Below are positions 17,350 through 32,336 of a stretch of DNA of 64,000 bases, piece after piece. The stretch is from the human T2T-CHM13v2.0 reference genome, Homo sapiens, in assembly GCF_009914755.1 (NCBI RefSeq), contig NC_060930.1; one strand, given 5' to 3'. Every line of letters begins with the position of its first letter. The first letter of the stretch is position 1. The translations under genes and the position numbers were made by a program. Below the pieces are notes generated by a model. It saw only the letters and a list, made by a program, of their open reading frames with translations. It searched no databases and was not told where the DNA came from.

Positions 17350-17645
17350 GGCCAGGTGCGGTGGCTCAGGCCTATAATTCCAGCACTTTGTGAGGCGGAG
17401 GCAGTGGATCACTTGAGGTCAAGATTCGAAACCAGCCTCGCCAAGATGGTGAAACCCTGTCTCTACTAAAAATACTAAACATTAGCTGGGTATGGTGGCG
17501 TGCACCTGTAATCCCAGCTACTTGGGAGGCTGAGGCAGGAGAATGGCTTGGAGGCAGAGGTTGCAGTGAGCTGTGATCATGCCATTGCACTCCAGTTTGG
17601 GAGGCAGAGCGAGACTATGTCTCAAAAAAAAGAAAAAAAAAAAGA
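17350..17645 (+). mobile_element. AluS (Sx/Sz-like) with a small right-arm deletion
   Basis: Full dimer; TSD AGAAAA(A/C)TTGTTAT 17336-17349 / 17646-17659. Confidence 0.93.
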
Positions 17646-17674
17646 AGAAAACTTGTTATAAAAATAAGGAAATT

Positions 17675-18003
<329 letters not shown>

Positions 18004-18401
18004 AAATAAGGAAATTAAGTAAAGTATAAGAATATAAACCTAGCAGGTAAACAGGTAGCATTCCTATATAAAAACTCTAACTGAATAGAAGATACAGTAG
18101 AAAGAAATTCCATGTATAATAGCAAACAAAAATTCAGGTACAGAAACTATAAGTACTGAAATACACACACAAAAAGAGATTTAACAAGTAGAAACATTCA
18201 CCATGTCATAAAGAATAAGCAACATTATAAATATGTCAATTCATTCCAAGATCGTCTATAAATTTAATTCAATTCCAATGACATTACCATCAATTGGCTT
18301 TTTCCCGGAGCTAGAAAGGTAGATCATAAACTTTATATGGAATAACACATTGGGAATTACTGTCAAAATAACCCTGAAAATAAGAGTTAATGCTATCGCA
18401 G

Positions 18402-18432
<31 letters not shown>

Positions 18433-18689
18433 AAGAGAGAGAGAGATTGGCTTAAAAGAGTACATGGTGTATGATTCACTTATATTAAATTCAAGAATAG
18501 TCATAACTAATTCGGTGAGTCATAACTAATAAGTCAAAAGAGTGAAAAGAGTAGCTACCTTTAAAAGAGGGAAGGCAAACAAGAATCTATTAGAGTGATG
18601 ACAAATTTTTAAATCTTGTTTTGTGTTGTGGTTATACGGGTATAAGCGTATGCACAATTTTTAAGGTTTGTGCAAGGGTATATTTTATT

Positions 18690-21600
18690 TAATAGACTTC
18701 ATTTTTGAACAAATACTACAGAGAGTTCTTGTACACCCCTTAACCCACACACAATTCCTCTTTTATTTTGCGTTAGTGAGTATACTTGTTCAATGAATGA
18801 ACCGTTATTAATATATGATTAACCAAAGTCTATAATTTACATTGTTTCACCTTAATATAATACCCCCTGTTGTACAACTTTATGGGTTTTGACAAATGCA
18901 TAATGTCATATATATGCACCATTCCAGTATCATACAGAATATCATATCTATCTTCTGTATATCACCATAATACAGTATCATACAGAATAATTTCACTGTT
19001 TCAAAAATCTCCGCTGCTTCACCTGTTCATCCCTTTCCTCTACCCGCTGGAATCCCTGGCAACCAATGATCTTTTTAGTGTCTCTATAAATTTTGCCTTT
19101 TCCAGAATGTCATATAGTTGGATTTATATAGTATTTAGCCTTTCAGACTGGCCTCTTTCATTTAGCAATATGCATTTAAGTTACCTCCATTTTTTTTCAT
19201 GGCTGGATAGCTCTTTTGTAAAATTACTGAATAATATTCTATTACATAGATATACTATAGATTGTTTATGCTTTCACCTACTAAAGGAGATCTTGGTTAC
19301 TTCTAGTCTTTGATGATTATGAATAAAACTGCTAAAAACATTTTTGTGGACTAAGTTTTCAACTCAATTGAGTAAATACCTAAGAGCATGATTGCTGGAT
19401 CATATGGTAAGACTATGTTTAGTTTTCTAAAACCTTTCCAAACCATTTTCCAAAATGGCTGGGCTAGTTTGCATTCTTACCAGCAATAAATGAGAATTAC
19501 TGTTGTTCTTCATTCTCACCAGGATTTGGTATTGTCCATTTTTGTTTTATCCACTCTCCTAGGTGTGTAGTATCATGTCACATGTCATTGTTGTTTTAAT
19601 TTGCAATTCCCTAATGACCTATAATGTAGAGCATCTTTTCATGTTTATTTGACATCTGTATATCTTCTTTAGTAACGCGTGTATTCAGAGACTTTGCCCA
19701 ATTTGTAGTTGAGTTGTTTGTTTTCTTATCTTTGAGTTTCAATAGTTCTTTGTACATTTTGAATACAAGTACATTATCAGATATGTTTTGCAAATATTTG
19801 CTCCCAGTCTGTGGCCTGAATTTTCATTGCCTTAACCATGTCTTTTTCAGGGCAGAAGTTTTTAATTTTAATAAAGTCCAAATTATCAATTTTTTTCTTT
19901 CATGGATCATGCTTTTGGTATTGTATCTAAAAACTTATTACCAAACTGAAGGTCACTTAGATTTTTTTCCTTTGTTATTTTCTAGAAGTTTTATACTTTT
20001 GCATTTTACATTTAGTTCTATGATCCATTTTTAGTTAACTTTTGTGAAAGGTACAAAGTCTCTGTCTACATTCATTTTTTGCATATGAATGCTCAATGGG
20101 TCTAGCACTGTGTGTTCAAAAACACATTCTTTTCTTAATTTAATTGCCTTGGCTCCTTCGTGAAAAATCAGTTGGTTATATTTGCATAGGTCTATTTCTG
20201 GGCTCCCTGCTCTGTTTCACTGATATATTTCTCAATTATTTAGCCAATCCCACATTGTCTTGATTACTGTAGCTTTATAGTAAGCCTTGGAGTCAAGAAT
20301 TGCCAGTCTCTCACCTTGATCTTCTTTACTGTTGGCTATTCTGGGGATTTCTGCCTTTACACCTAAATTTTAGAATAAGTTTGTCAATATCCACCAAATA
20401 ACTTGCTGAGATTTGGATTAAGATGATATTGAACCTACAGACCAAGCTGGGAAGCTGAACATGGAGTATCTCTACATTTATATAGAGAATCTTTGATTTC
20501 TTTCATTAGAGTTTTATCTGTATGAGTGTTCCTTCTATAGACCTTGTGCATATTTTGCTAAATTTATGACTAAATTTTCCTTTTTTTGGTGCTAATAGAA
20601 ATGATACTGTGTTTTTATTTCAAATTCCAATTTTCATCACTGCTGTACAGGAAATTAATTGATTTTGCTATTATTAACCTTTTCTTTTCCAACTTTGCTA
20701 TAATCACTCATTAGTTCCAAGAGTTTTTTGTTGCTGATTCTTCTGGATTTTCTACATATAAAGTCTTGTCATCTATGAATGAAGACGGTTTTACTTGTTT
20801 TTTCCCTGTTGTATCTTTTCTTTTACTTTCTTGCCTTATTGCTCTAGCTAGGACTTCTAATAAAATTTTGAATAGGAATAATTAGAGGGAGCATCCTTGT
20901 GCTTTTCCCCATCTTAGGGGAATAGTATCTTGTTTCTCACCACTGATTATGTTAACTATAGAATTTTGTAGTTTGTTTTCTTTTTTATTTATCAAGTTGA
21001 GGAAGTTTCCCTCTATTCCTAGTTTGCTAAGTTTTTATTATGATTGTATGCTGGATTTTGTCAAATGCTTTTTCTGCATTTATTGATATGATCATGTGAT
21101 TTTTCTTCTTTAGCTTATTTATATAAATGATGACATTAATTGATTTTGGAATATTGAACCAATTTTGTATACCTGAAATAAATATTGTTTGGTCATGGCA
21201 TTATGTCTTTATACAACATTGGATTAAAATTACTCATATTTTGTTGAAGATTTTTACATTTACATCCATGAGAGATATTGACTTCTGTAGTTTTTCTTTC
21301 TTGTAATACCTTTATCTGGTTTTAATATTAGTGTAGCACTCACCTTAAATTGAGTTAGGAATTATTCCCTTTGCTTCTGTTTTTTTGTAAGACACTGGAG
21401 AATTATCATTTCTTCCATAAATGTTTGGTAGAATTCACCAGTGAAACCATCTATGCCTGATGCTTTCTTTTTTGGAAACGTAATTGTTATGTGTCAACTT
21501 GACTGGTCCACAGGAAGCCCAGGCATTAGCCAAATATTTTGAGTGTGCCAGTAGTGGTGTTTTGGATGTTATTAACATTTGAATTAGTAGAATGAGTAAA

Positions 21601-21861
21601 GATTGCCTTTCATAATGTGGATGGGTCTCATACAATAAATGGAAGCCTGGGTAGAACAAAATGCTGACCTTCCCAACAAAAAGAAAGAATTCCTTCTGCC
21701 TGACTGTGTTGAGAAGGGACATCCGTCTTTTCCTGACTTCAGATTGAATTAAAACATCAGCTCCTCTTGAGTCCCAAGCCTGCAGGATTCTGGACTGAAA
21801 TTTACACCACTGGCTCTCCTGAGTTTGCAGCTTGCTGACTGCAGATGTTGGCACTTCTCAG

Positions 21862-21919
<58 letters not shown>

Positions 21920-22320
21920 ATCTTTATACGTAGAGAGTGTACACACACACGCACACACATGCGCATATTGGTTCTGTTTCTCTGGAGAACCCTAATACAG
22001 AAGGTTATTAAATATTAAATCGATTGCTTTAATTGACATTAGCTTATTTTTATTATGTATTTCTCCTTCTATGAGATGGTAGTTTGTGTCTTTCAAGGAA
22101 CTGGTCCATTTCCTCTAAGCTCTCAATGTGTGGACACACAGCTGTTCATAATATTCCTCAATTATCTTTTTAATGTCTATGAGATCAGCAGTGATGACCT
22201 CTTTCATTTCTGATATTAATTTGTGACTTTCTCTTTTTTCTTGATTAGCCTGACTAGAGGTTTATCAATTGCACTGATCTTTTTAAAGAACAACCTTTTT
22301 CATTTTGGACACATTAATTT
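18690..22320 (-). mobile_element. Old L1M (MA/MB/MC-type) 3'UTR and ORF2 fragments, interrupted by MLT2
   Basis: Continuous antisense L1 phrases (GATTGCTGGATCATATGGTAAG; TTTTAATTTGCAATTCCCTAATGAC; GCATCCTTGT; TCAAATGCTTTTTCTGCAT). Confidence 0.85.
21478..21999 (+). mobile_element. MLT2-family (ERVL) solo LTR with an internal (CT)n(AT)n repeat
   Basis: TATGTGTCAACTTGACTGG start region; TTCTCTGGAGAACCCTAATACA end. Confidence 0.85.
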
Positions 22321-22644
22321 TCCCTGAATATTTGTCAGTATATTACACGATTTTGAAATTTTGTTTGTGCTATCCTTTGTCCTATTTTATTTCAAAGTGC
22401 TTAATGTGTACATCGTCAAAAATACAAATCTTTATGATTTCTGGGTTTCTTAAATGGCTCAGAAGAGGCTCTCTACCTTCCCTTCTCAAGGCTATTCAAA
22501 TATTCTTAAAACTTTCTGCAGCTTTTTGGTTTACACTGGATATTTACATTTTAAATATAACTGAACTTTATTTTTATATGTTATCAGATGTATCTCAATT
22601 ATCTTTCAGATAAAAAGATTGCACCACTTATTAAATTACCGCCT

Positions 22645-22990
22645 GTGCTAGTTCAGGGATAAGCTAAGCTATACAAACAAAGATACAAACATTCAGTTTA
22701 ATTCAGCTATGAGGGAGCAGGTCTGCCATCTTCATCAAATAGCTTCCATTTCTGATTCATCAGTTCCCAGAAAACAAGAAACAAAAAGGAAACATGAAAA
22801 CACACACCCACTCACGATGAGGACACAATTCAGAAATGACACATGCCAGCATCACCTCCATTTTCTTTCCTTTTCCCTTTTGGCCAGTACTACTTAGTTA
22901 CATGGCCATACCTAAATACAAAGGAGTCTGCAAAATGTAATCTTTACCTGGTGGATCATGTATCCTGCCTAGTTAAAACTCTGTTTATAT
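22645..22990 (-). mobile_element. Old MLT1(J/K-like) LTR fragment
   Basis: ACTTAGTTACATGGCCATACCTAAATACAAAGGAGTCTGCAAAATGTAATCT motif. Confidence 0.55.
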
Positions 22991-24029
22991 GGAAAAGAGA
23001 AAAAGAGTGTTAAATTATTACTAGCTATTTATCACAATTGTCCTTTTCCTTCTAAATTAAAATGCCCATTAAGTCTTATGAGACTAAGAGTGTTTGTTTT
23101 TTTCCTAGACTTTATTCTCTTCCACTAATCTTCATTGTGTTGCTATGACAACACCATTCTCTGCTTACAGAGGTTTTATAGCAAACGTTAAACTTTGATG
23201 ATGTTAGTTTCTCTGCCCCTTACATTAATTTTTCTTAATTCTTCCAGATATATTTTTAAGTTCTTCTAAATCTAAACCATCAATATTCAAATTAAAATTG
23301 AATTAGTCATATTTACTCATTTTAGTGTAGCTTCTTGCAATCAAGAAATCAATTTGTTCTCTAATTCTAGTTTAAATGATTATAATAAGCTTCTTTAATG
23401 AAAGTACTTCTGAAATATTCTAAATGTAAATATAATGTGGAGATTATTTACAATAATTATACACGACTTATATCTTCCTCATGTTTGTCCATTTTATATT
23501 GGTTAATATGCCACTCTGCCTTATTTTCATGTGTTTCTCCTCAAAGTTACAAATATTAATATCATTATTCCTACTTCCCTGTGGTTTACATTTGCCTTGT
23601 CTAGCCTTCCTTGACATTCAGAACTTTTACCAAGAAACGTTTCAGTGTGTAGGGAGGCATTCTATTTTTTTATCATTGCATTTTGACATTAATTCTTCAT
23701 GAAAATAAATGAGCCTTTTTAATCTATGAACTTAAGATTTTTTCTTTTGACCAAGAAACTAGCTCCCATTACTGTATAATTATAAATTTTGTGTCTGTTT
23801 CTGTTTCTATTTATGAAACTCTTACTTATAAATAACTATCTTGGATCTGTTCTTCAAGTGCCTCATATTTTTACTGTTTCTAATTCTATGAAGCAAAATA
23901 TTTCTCCTACTGTGTTTTTCTCACTACTAAATCAGTTCAGTTGTAAACACAATTTTTCAATTCACTTTTCTAATTTTTAAGTTCAAAAATCATATTATTT
24001 ATTAAGTCCTTTTGGGTTCTATAGAAATA

Positions 24030-24630
24030 ATTAGGACTGTTCATAAATATCCCGGTGTTTTTCTCCTAAACATGTGGTAAGGATTACACCTTTCTCCCTT
24101 GTAGGGTACCAAGTGACTTTCTCTGGCAAACAGTATGTAAGTAGTAGTAATGTGTGTAACAATCATGCAGAACTTTAAGAGCTAGTGTGCAATTTCCCAT
24201 GCTCCTTTCACCCAGCCTTAATGAGCATAGAGCATCTTGCCCTTCCTGACTTCTGGTACTCAGGTAGAAATGAGGCTAGGAATGTTCACTGGAGCCGCCA
24301 CTTTCCAGAGGTCTCTTTATACCTTTCCCCTGGTCAATCCCCAACATTGGTATGCAGCTATGAGACTTGGAGATTCTACAGTCATCCTTACCATCAAAAA
24401 AGGATGAAGGCAACACATAGAAGAAGATCTAAGAGATAAGTCCTTTTGATATCATTTAGGGGAGTAACAAGGTAGAAGGAACCTACTTCTGTGGTGCCTT
24501 CATGAAGCATTGTGCCACGCAAGCCTAGGTAATTTTACAGGAAAGAAAAAAAGCTCTGTCTCCTCCAAAACACTCTTATATTAGGCCAATGGTACCTGCA
24601 ACCAAGTTTGTATTCAATCTAACACATATC
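24030..24630 (+). mobile_element. Old MLT1-type LTR fragments
   Basis: GGATTACACCTTTCTCCC...GTGACTTTCTCTGGCAAA phrasing; very degenerate. Confidence 0.4.
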
Positions 24631-25999
24631 TAAAAATATAAGTATGAAATAATCAGTTAATTATGTTTAACATTGAAATGTTACCTATTTTTTGAACTAA
24701 ACAGTAGACCCAAAAATCTTGTGAGAAAAAGGAGAGTATATCTTATTAGTGTCATATATTGTTTTCATTTATTTTAGAATTATGAAACCACTTAGTATTG
24801 CATATTTAAAGACATAAGGCATGTGGTGGGTTTTGACAGAATACTCTAAATAGCTGTAGTGTTCTTACTATTGCTTTAATGAATGTTGAAACTTCATGTG
24901 GAACATAATCAAATTTAATGACTATTAATAACTTTATTCCTCTATAATTAGCAAAATAATGCTTTGTCCTACAAATATAGTATGAAAGTCACTAATTACA
25001 CATAAAAGCTATTTTTCAGTAGAGGTTTTAAAACTCATTGGTAGCTTAATGAAATTCATTGAGCTTAGCAATATAAGGAAAAAGTTGTTAATGCATTAAA
25101 AAATGTCATTTTGTTGATTTTTGCCTGATAGTAGAATAAACATAGACCATGTGTTAGAAATTCAATACTTTGAATATGCTGAAAAATAAAATGAAGAGTC
25201 TCACTCAATTCATAATTGGTTCTGGCACATATACCAACAGAGGGGCCCAAGACTAAGGTCTGAACTTTGTTAACGGGGCTGTGTATGAAACTTCTCCTGA
25301 GTCGTCATTCCTCTGTGTTAGTAAAGAATAGGTTCTTCCTTCTTTCTCTTCCAAATTTTCCCATTCCACAGATTCACACTGTCATTTCTCCAAGAAGCCG
25401 CTCCAGCTCCTACCACTGCATAGCAGGCCGTCTCACCTCAGAATTCACATACATACAGTCTGTACAACTTACCTCAGAAAAACACATGAAAACAGGAGCC
25501 AAGCTTCATATAATTTTGCAGAATTACTTTTTTATGCAATTATGGATTTTTCTATTACATTTTAAGCATTCTGGGTGCAATGGACATAGTTCTTGAGTAT
25601 AAAATATATTTTAAAATATGTCTTTATTGTTTTGATATCTTGTACATTTCTGAGCACACAGACACTCTGTAAATATTTTGTTGAACTTAGTCTATAGTCA
25701 TTTCTATTCTCTTCACTGAATAATTAATGGATATACTGACAGTATAAAACTGAACTACATATGAAAAGGAGCAATTTGATTACCTAATCCATTTTAAAAC
25801 TGTTTTCATTTCCTTTTGAAACAAGTAAATAGAAACAGGTTCTTTATAGTTTTTATGTATGTATATGTAAAAGGACATATACAAAAGCTGATCAACTTCC
25901 ATAAAATTGTAAGGCAAGAGTTATGATAATAATTTGCTTCTGAGTAATGATTTTAAAGTAAAATGAAGTAAGAGTTTGAGGCACAAAGTTTCAGTGCAG

Positions 26000-28900
26000 A
26001 GTGAGCATATTCCACCCTGTCTCTTTCACTGAATGCAGCTATAAAACCTGGATGGAATGCATGGAGCAACTATTTGATGTCTCTGAAAAGTAAGTAGTAG
26101 CACACAGATCAGTAAAAGAGACCAGAATTTGAAGTATCACGAACTCAGTGGTAAGTCTTCCATTTTTCCACTCCCATATCCCTCACCCTCATCTCAATGT
26201 AGCCTGAAGCAGAAGTGGGCACTGAGTTGCAGAGAGAGCTCAGGAAAAAACACTCGGGTTCTAGCTCAAGAAGTGGAAGAGAGAATTTCTAAAGCACAGA
26301 GAATGTGGAAACACCTTTTGTCCTTTCTCTAGTTTCTCAAACCTCATCCCACTAGCAATCCTGTGATGAGGTAGCAGCAGCAGTAGGAAAAGAAGCCCAT
26401 TGAAACCCAGATTCTGAAGAGAGGAATCTTCTTTCCTCATTGGTGGAGCTGTGATCCCGAGAGGGTAGGGCACATTACCCAGTGCTTTTGTCTCTTGTTT
26501 CCCAGTCACTTGGCTTGAAATGCAGGTACAGTCATGGAAGCCCAACTTCCTGGGTCAGAAAAGTATCACCTTTCGGGTTGGAATACTGAAAAAGGGAGCC
26601 CCAGGAAACTGGATGTACTGGAGAGATAGGGGCAGGGGGAAGAGAAGCTCAGGAAAAAGTCCCTGAAAGTTGCTTATAACTTCATGGGATCACCCTCAAG
26701 TTTCAGAGTTATATTTTATCTTGATCAGCCTTTTAAAGAATTTGAGAAGTGAAATAACTTACAGACTGCCACCCTAGACTCTTGCCTGGCCACTTTGGGG
26801 GGCAGACATGTAGTATAAATGTTAATAGTACTGAATAGGCTTTAAAAATGGAACTGATTTTAGGACCAAAGCCCATAGAAGGTATATTGAAATATATATG
26901 TCCTGAACCTAACCAGGTTGATTGTTAAAACAAAAATATCAACATGCTTTATAGGATTTATAAGATGCAGAGTTTTATAACATCATGTTCAAAAAGTCCA
27001 GACAATAATCCAAAATTACTTGGCATATGAAGAACCAGGAAAACATCAACTCACACAGAAAAAGACAATCAGCTGAGGCCAAGGCAAAGATGACAAGATG
27101 TTGGATTATTTGACAAAGATTTTAAAGTGCCTATTACAAGGTTCTTCAACAGGCAATTTTGAACATTCTTAAAAGAGTGGGAAAATATAGATATGCCAAA
27201 AAAAAAAAAGGTGATAAGAAGAATATATAAAAATTTTGTAACTGAAAAATACATAACTGAAATTTTAAAAATTCACTGAATAGGATTAATATTAGAATGG
27301 AAATGGCAAAGGAAAGAATCAGTGAGCCTGAAAATAAAACGAGAGAAAATATCAAATCTGAATGCAAGAAAGAAAATAGATTTAAAAAATAAAGAAAAAC
27401 ATAGCCTCAGGGACATGTGAGATAATAAGAAAAGGTCTAACATTCGTGTCTTTAGAGAAGTGGAGAAGGTGATGCTGAAAATTTTTTTGAAGAGATAATA
27501 GTTGAAAATGTCCCAAATTATGTGAAAGTCATAAGGCTACAGATTTAAGGATCTAATCGAATCCTAAGTAAGATAAATTCAAATCCACCCACAAACACAT
27601 CATAATGAAATGTCTGAAAACTAAAAACAGAGTGAAAAAGTCTTTATAGCAGCCAGAGGAAAATGATGCCTTGTCTACAGGGGAAGAACAATTCAAAAGA
27701 CTGCAGATTTCTCGTCAGTAAACATGGAAACCAGAAGGAAGTAGAATGTTCTTAAAGTGCTTGAAGAAAAGAACTGTTAACTCATTATTCTATATTCAGT
27801 GAAAATGTCTGTCAGAAATGAAACTGAAAGAAACTCATTCTCAGATGAAAGAAAACTAAGAGAATTTATAATCAGCATATCTGCTCTGGAAGAATTGCTA
27901 AGTGAAATTCTTTCATTAGAGAGAAAAGTTACCAGAAGTAAACTTGGAAAATCAGAAATAAAGATAACAGAAATAATAAATATCTGAGTAAATATATTAA
28001 TTATTATTTTACTATTGAGTTCTTTAAAATATGTTTGACAGTTGAAAGCAAAAATTCTAACACTGTCTGATGAGAATCTCAATGTATGTATATATATGAG
28101 ACGACTAAAACATAAAAGTAGGGGAGTTAACGAGATCTACACAGTAATGAAATTTGCACTTTACTTGATGTGGTTAATAACTGATTCTAAGTAGACTATC
28201 AAAGTGTACAAAGATGTACAGTCTAAAGCAATGGAAAAATTCAAAACAACACTAAAAAGTGTTCAAATAACCCACAGGAAGGCATGAAGGGGAATCAACC
28301 AAACAAACAAACAAATAAAAACACAAGAATAAAACTCAAAAAAGATAATAAAATGGTGGGCCTAAAACCAAACATATCAATAATTACATTAAATAAAAAT
28401 GCCCGGGCCGGGACATGGTGCCTCACACCTGTAACCCCAGCACTTTGGGAGGTGGCGGCGCATCCCTGTAATCCAGCTACTTGGCAGGTTGAGGCAGGAG
28501 AATCACTTGAACCCAGGCGGAGGAGGTTGCAGTGAGCCGATATGGCACCACTGTACTCCAAACTGTGCAATGGAGTGAGACTCCATCTTAAAAACAAAAA
28601 AATGCCCAAAGACCCCAATTTGAAAGACAGATATTATCCACGTGTGTGTGTATTTGTGTTTGTGTATCTGGATTCAATTTAAGAATATTTACATATATTA
28701 AAATATACATATTGTTTCTTTTTCTAGTATTTATATATACTTTTAAAATATATATTAAAAAAACAAAAGTTGAGATGTTAAATCTCTTCAAATGAATCTA
28801 TATATTTTATGCAATTTCAACCAAAATCTCATGGAACTTTTTTATAGATACAAGCTGATCTTAAATATGTTTGGGGAAGAAAAGAAATGAGAATAACTAA

Positions 28901-30065
28901 AACCATTTTTAAGAAAACTAAAGTTGAAAAACATAATACAATCTAATTTTAAAACTTACTATAAGGTTATTGCAAGCAATACAGCATGGTACTGGCAAAC
29001 AGATCATATTTCTAAATATAAAAGGTAAAATGTAAAATTTTTAGAAGAAAACAAAATCTTCATGACTTAGGGTTAGGCAATGAGTTCTTAGACATAATAC
29101 TTTAAAAATACATTAATAAATTAGACTACATTGAAATTAAAAGGTATTGTTAAAATGAAAAAGATAAACTATGAACTGGAAAAAAATGTTAGCAAATCAC
29201 GTAACAGAGAACTTATATCTAAATAAAAGAACTCTCAAACTCAAAAGTAAGAAACCAATTTAAAAGTGGGTAAAAGACTTGAACAGAGACTTTACCAAAG
29301 AGGATATAAGGATTGTAAACAAGCACATGAAAAGATTTTCATATCATTAGCCATTAGGAAAATGAAAAAACTGCAATGAGATACCACTACACACTATTAA
29401 AATGGATAAAAATTTTTTAAAAAGTCAATACCAACCACTGGCAAGGATACAGAGGAACTGGATTTATTTTACTTTGCTGGAGGGAATGCAAAGTGGTATA
29501 ACCATTCTGAAAAACAGTCTGACAGTTTCTTACAAAGATAAACATACACTTACCAGATAATGCAGCAATGCCACTAAAGGGTAGAGAAATGTTTGAAGCA
29601 CCCATATTCATTATTGTCAAAACCTTTCATTGCAAAACAACCCAAAGTTTCTCGAACACTTGAATGGAGAAAATATGGTATATTCACACAGTGAAAAGCT
29701 ACTTAGCAATAAAAAAGAGCAAACTATTGACACACACAACAACATGCATGGATTTCAAAGTCATTATGCCGAGTGAAACAAGCCAGTCTTAAAAGGTTAC
29801 ATACTTTACAATTTCATTTATATGACATTCTGGAAAAGACACAACTATAATGATAGAAAGCAGATCAGTGGTTATCAGAGGTTTGGGGTGGTGGAAGCTT
29901 TATTCTAAAAGGATACATGAGGGAGTTCTGTGGGGGTGATAACATTGTCCCCTATCCTGATAGTGGTGCTGGTAATTGCACAAATCTATACATGTGTTAA
30001 AATTCATAGAACCAAAAACTAGTTAAATTTACTGTTTAATAAATTAAAAATTAAAATTAAAATGA
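26000..30065 (+). mobile_element. Old L1M (MC/MD-like): 5'UTR, ORF1 remnant, ORF2 start, large internal gap, ORF2 end and 3'UTR
   Basis: ORF1 phrases (AGAATCAGTGAGCCTGAA; GACTGCAGATTTCTCGTCAG; TCAGATGAAAGAAAACTAAGAGAATT); ORF2 start ~28350; 3'UTR TTTATATGACATTCTGGAAAAG; A-rich end ~30060. Confidence 0.75.
28405..28597 (+). mobile_element. Internally deleted Alu (start of left arm fused to right arm)
   Basis: ...CACTTTGGGAGG jumps to TGGCGGCGCATCCCTGTAATCCAGCTAC; TSD AAAAATGCCC 28395-28404 / 28598-28607. Confidence 0.88.
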
Positions 30066-31155
30066 ATAATTGCAAACCAAATGACAATGTTAAAATGAAA
30101 GAAGTGAAAAAGAGAAAAGCATAATGATTACTATGCTTGCCACAACCATTATATATTTATAGTATCTACTTCTTTAATAGTGAAATAATAATACCATATA
30201 TTCTGTTTCCCATGAATCCTGCATATAATATCTTTTTGTTCCCAGTGGATGTCCCAACACAGGATGCCTGACTGATGGCTATTGGTTCACATATTGTACA
30301 CCACTTAAATATGCTGGGACGAGGAGAAATTTCTGTTTGGGGATTTTGGCCAGCTTCTGTGGCTTTTGAATTGTGAGGTACAAACCACCCACATGTCTTT
30401 TTCTATAAATTTGGTAATAAATTTCTCTCCCACATGAGTTGTACATGGCAACAAGAACATAAATGAAATACAGTCTGAGATGGAAGTGGGGCTGGGACTA
30501 GACTGGAGAATTCCTCATTTTCCATTTTCTGTCATTATATGGGTAAAAGCATTAACTGTTGTCCTGGCTAAGTTCCAGCTCAGGTAGTTACCTTCTTCCA
30601 AAAAATTTTCACTGTAGTTTTAATTGAACAATGTATTTTTTACTTCCTGTCTTAAATCATATGCCTATGCCTGTTTTCACCAGCTGCAGAAATACATCTA
30701 CTCTGACCTAAAATTCAAGAGGCTGTGGATGTAATCGTTTTCAAAGAAAGAGCAGTACCCTTTTTTTAAAAAAGCATTTTATTCTTTTTCTCAATGAAAA
30801 AGAGCTAAGTAGCTTTACAGTAAGAAGCTCTCCCCTTCAATGGAAAGATAAATGATTGAACAGACTCTATATAAATATTTGATATCCTTGAGTCTTCCTG
30901 ATACACAAAAAGCAGCAAGGCAGCAGACTTGTTAACATCTGATATTTTATGCAATACCTGAAAAAACGTTAGATCTCCATTTTTCATTCCCAGTGTCAAG
31001 GAGATGTCCACACTAGTAGAAATACTGACCAGTACCCATTCATATGTTTTCAGAAATGTTTTATCAGAAACTTTCTGGGCATCAGAAGCTAACGCTGAAG
31101 GCTAAATGGCAAGCCTAAGTGATTATAAGGTGTTTTAATAAAACATAAGGCGTTA

Positions 31156-31572
31156 TGTGTTAGTCTGTTTTGCATTGCTTTACAGGAACACCTGAGGCTG
31201 GGTAATTTACAAAGAAAAGATGTTTATTTTGGCTTATGGTTCTGCAGACTGTACAAAAGCAGGGTGCAAGCATTTGCTTCTGGTAAGGGCCTCAGGAAAC
31301 TTCCAATTGTGGCAGAAGTCAAAGAGGGAGCGGGCATGTCACATGGTAAGTGTGGGAGCAAGAGAGAGAGAGAGAGAGATGCCATACTCTAACAACCAGA
31401 TCTTGTGGTAACTAATAGAGTGAGACTCACTAATTACCATGAGGACAGTCTCAAGCCATTCACGAGGGATCTACCCGCATGACCCTAACACCTTCCACCA
31501 GGTCCCACCTCCAACACTGTGGATTACATTTCAACATGAGATCTGGAGGAGACAAATATCCAAATCATATCA
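31156..31572 (-). mobile_element. MST-family MaLR solo LTR
   Basis: TGTGTTAGTCTG...CCTGAGGCTGGGTAATTTA...CCAAATCATATCA; 5-bp TSD CGTTA/CATTA. Confidence 0.88.
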
Positions 31573-31619
31573 CATTATTATGATAATTAGATATGACAGG
31601 CCTATTTTGAAACTGGATT

Positions 31620-31992
31620 AGGCCAGCAGTTCCCAAACTTGCTTGATTAGAATTACCGGGGGCACTTCCTTCAAAAACAGATTAACAGACCTCTCCTGGA
31701 AATCAGAGGAGAAGAGAAATTGTTACGTAAGAAAATTTGACCTTATAAACCCCTCCATCGTTCTTTCCAGTCCAAACTCCTCAAGCCAACTCCCCATCTG
31801 CCAGTGGCCTTCTCTGCTTGCTATCTCAAGCATAGCTACACACTGGAACTACCTGACAAGATTTCTAAATACTGATGCCAGTTCCACCACAACACATTCT
31901 GATTTGATGGATTTGAGAAGATGTGTAGCCATTGGCATTTTCAAAGTACTCAGCTAACTCTAATGTGCACCAAAAGTTGAGAACCACTGAAT
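31620..31992. mobile_element. MER5-type fragments
   Basis: CAGCAGTTCCCAAACTT...TTAGAATTACC and AAAGTTGAGAACCACTG termini. Confidence 0.55.
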
Positions 31993-32336
31993 AAAGGTAG
32001 TTCTAAAATAATTTAGACTAAGGGTGATGATAATTCTACACTGGTTTTCTAAGAACACCAGAGCAGTACATTTGGCTCTGAAGAGATGTAATGACCAAGT
32101 GGGACGCACACGCTAACTGCAGAATGACAAAGATCTCAGCTGGAATCTCAGGTCTACCAGGTAAAATGAGATCTATTGACTCTTAGAAGATAATCTACCC
32201 TCAGTTTTCCAGTTATGTAATGGGAAATATAGTAGCTATTAATCAAACAGGTAAACCAACTAGTCTGCCAGATTCAACTTTCTCTTCTGGCTTATGCAGC
32301 CCTTTTACTATACCCAAGAAGTGATTGTCTTACAAA

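Noticed and set aside
18870-19313. 147-aa plus-strand ORF
   Set aside because: Antisense to an old L1 3'UTR; T-rich composition explains it.
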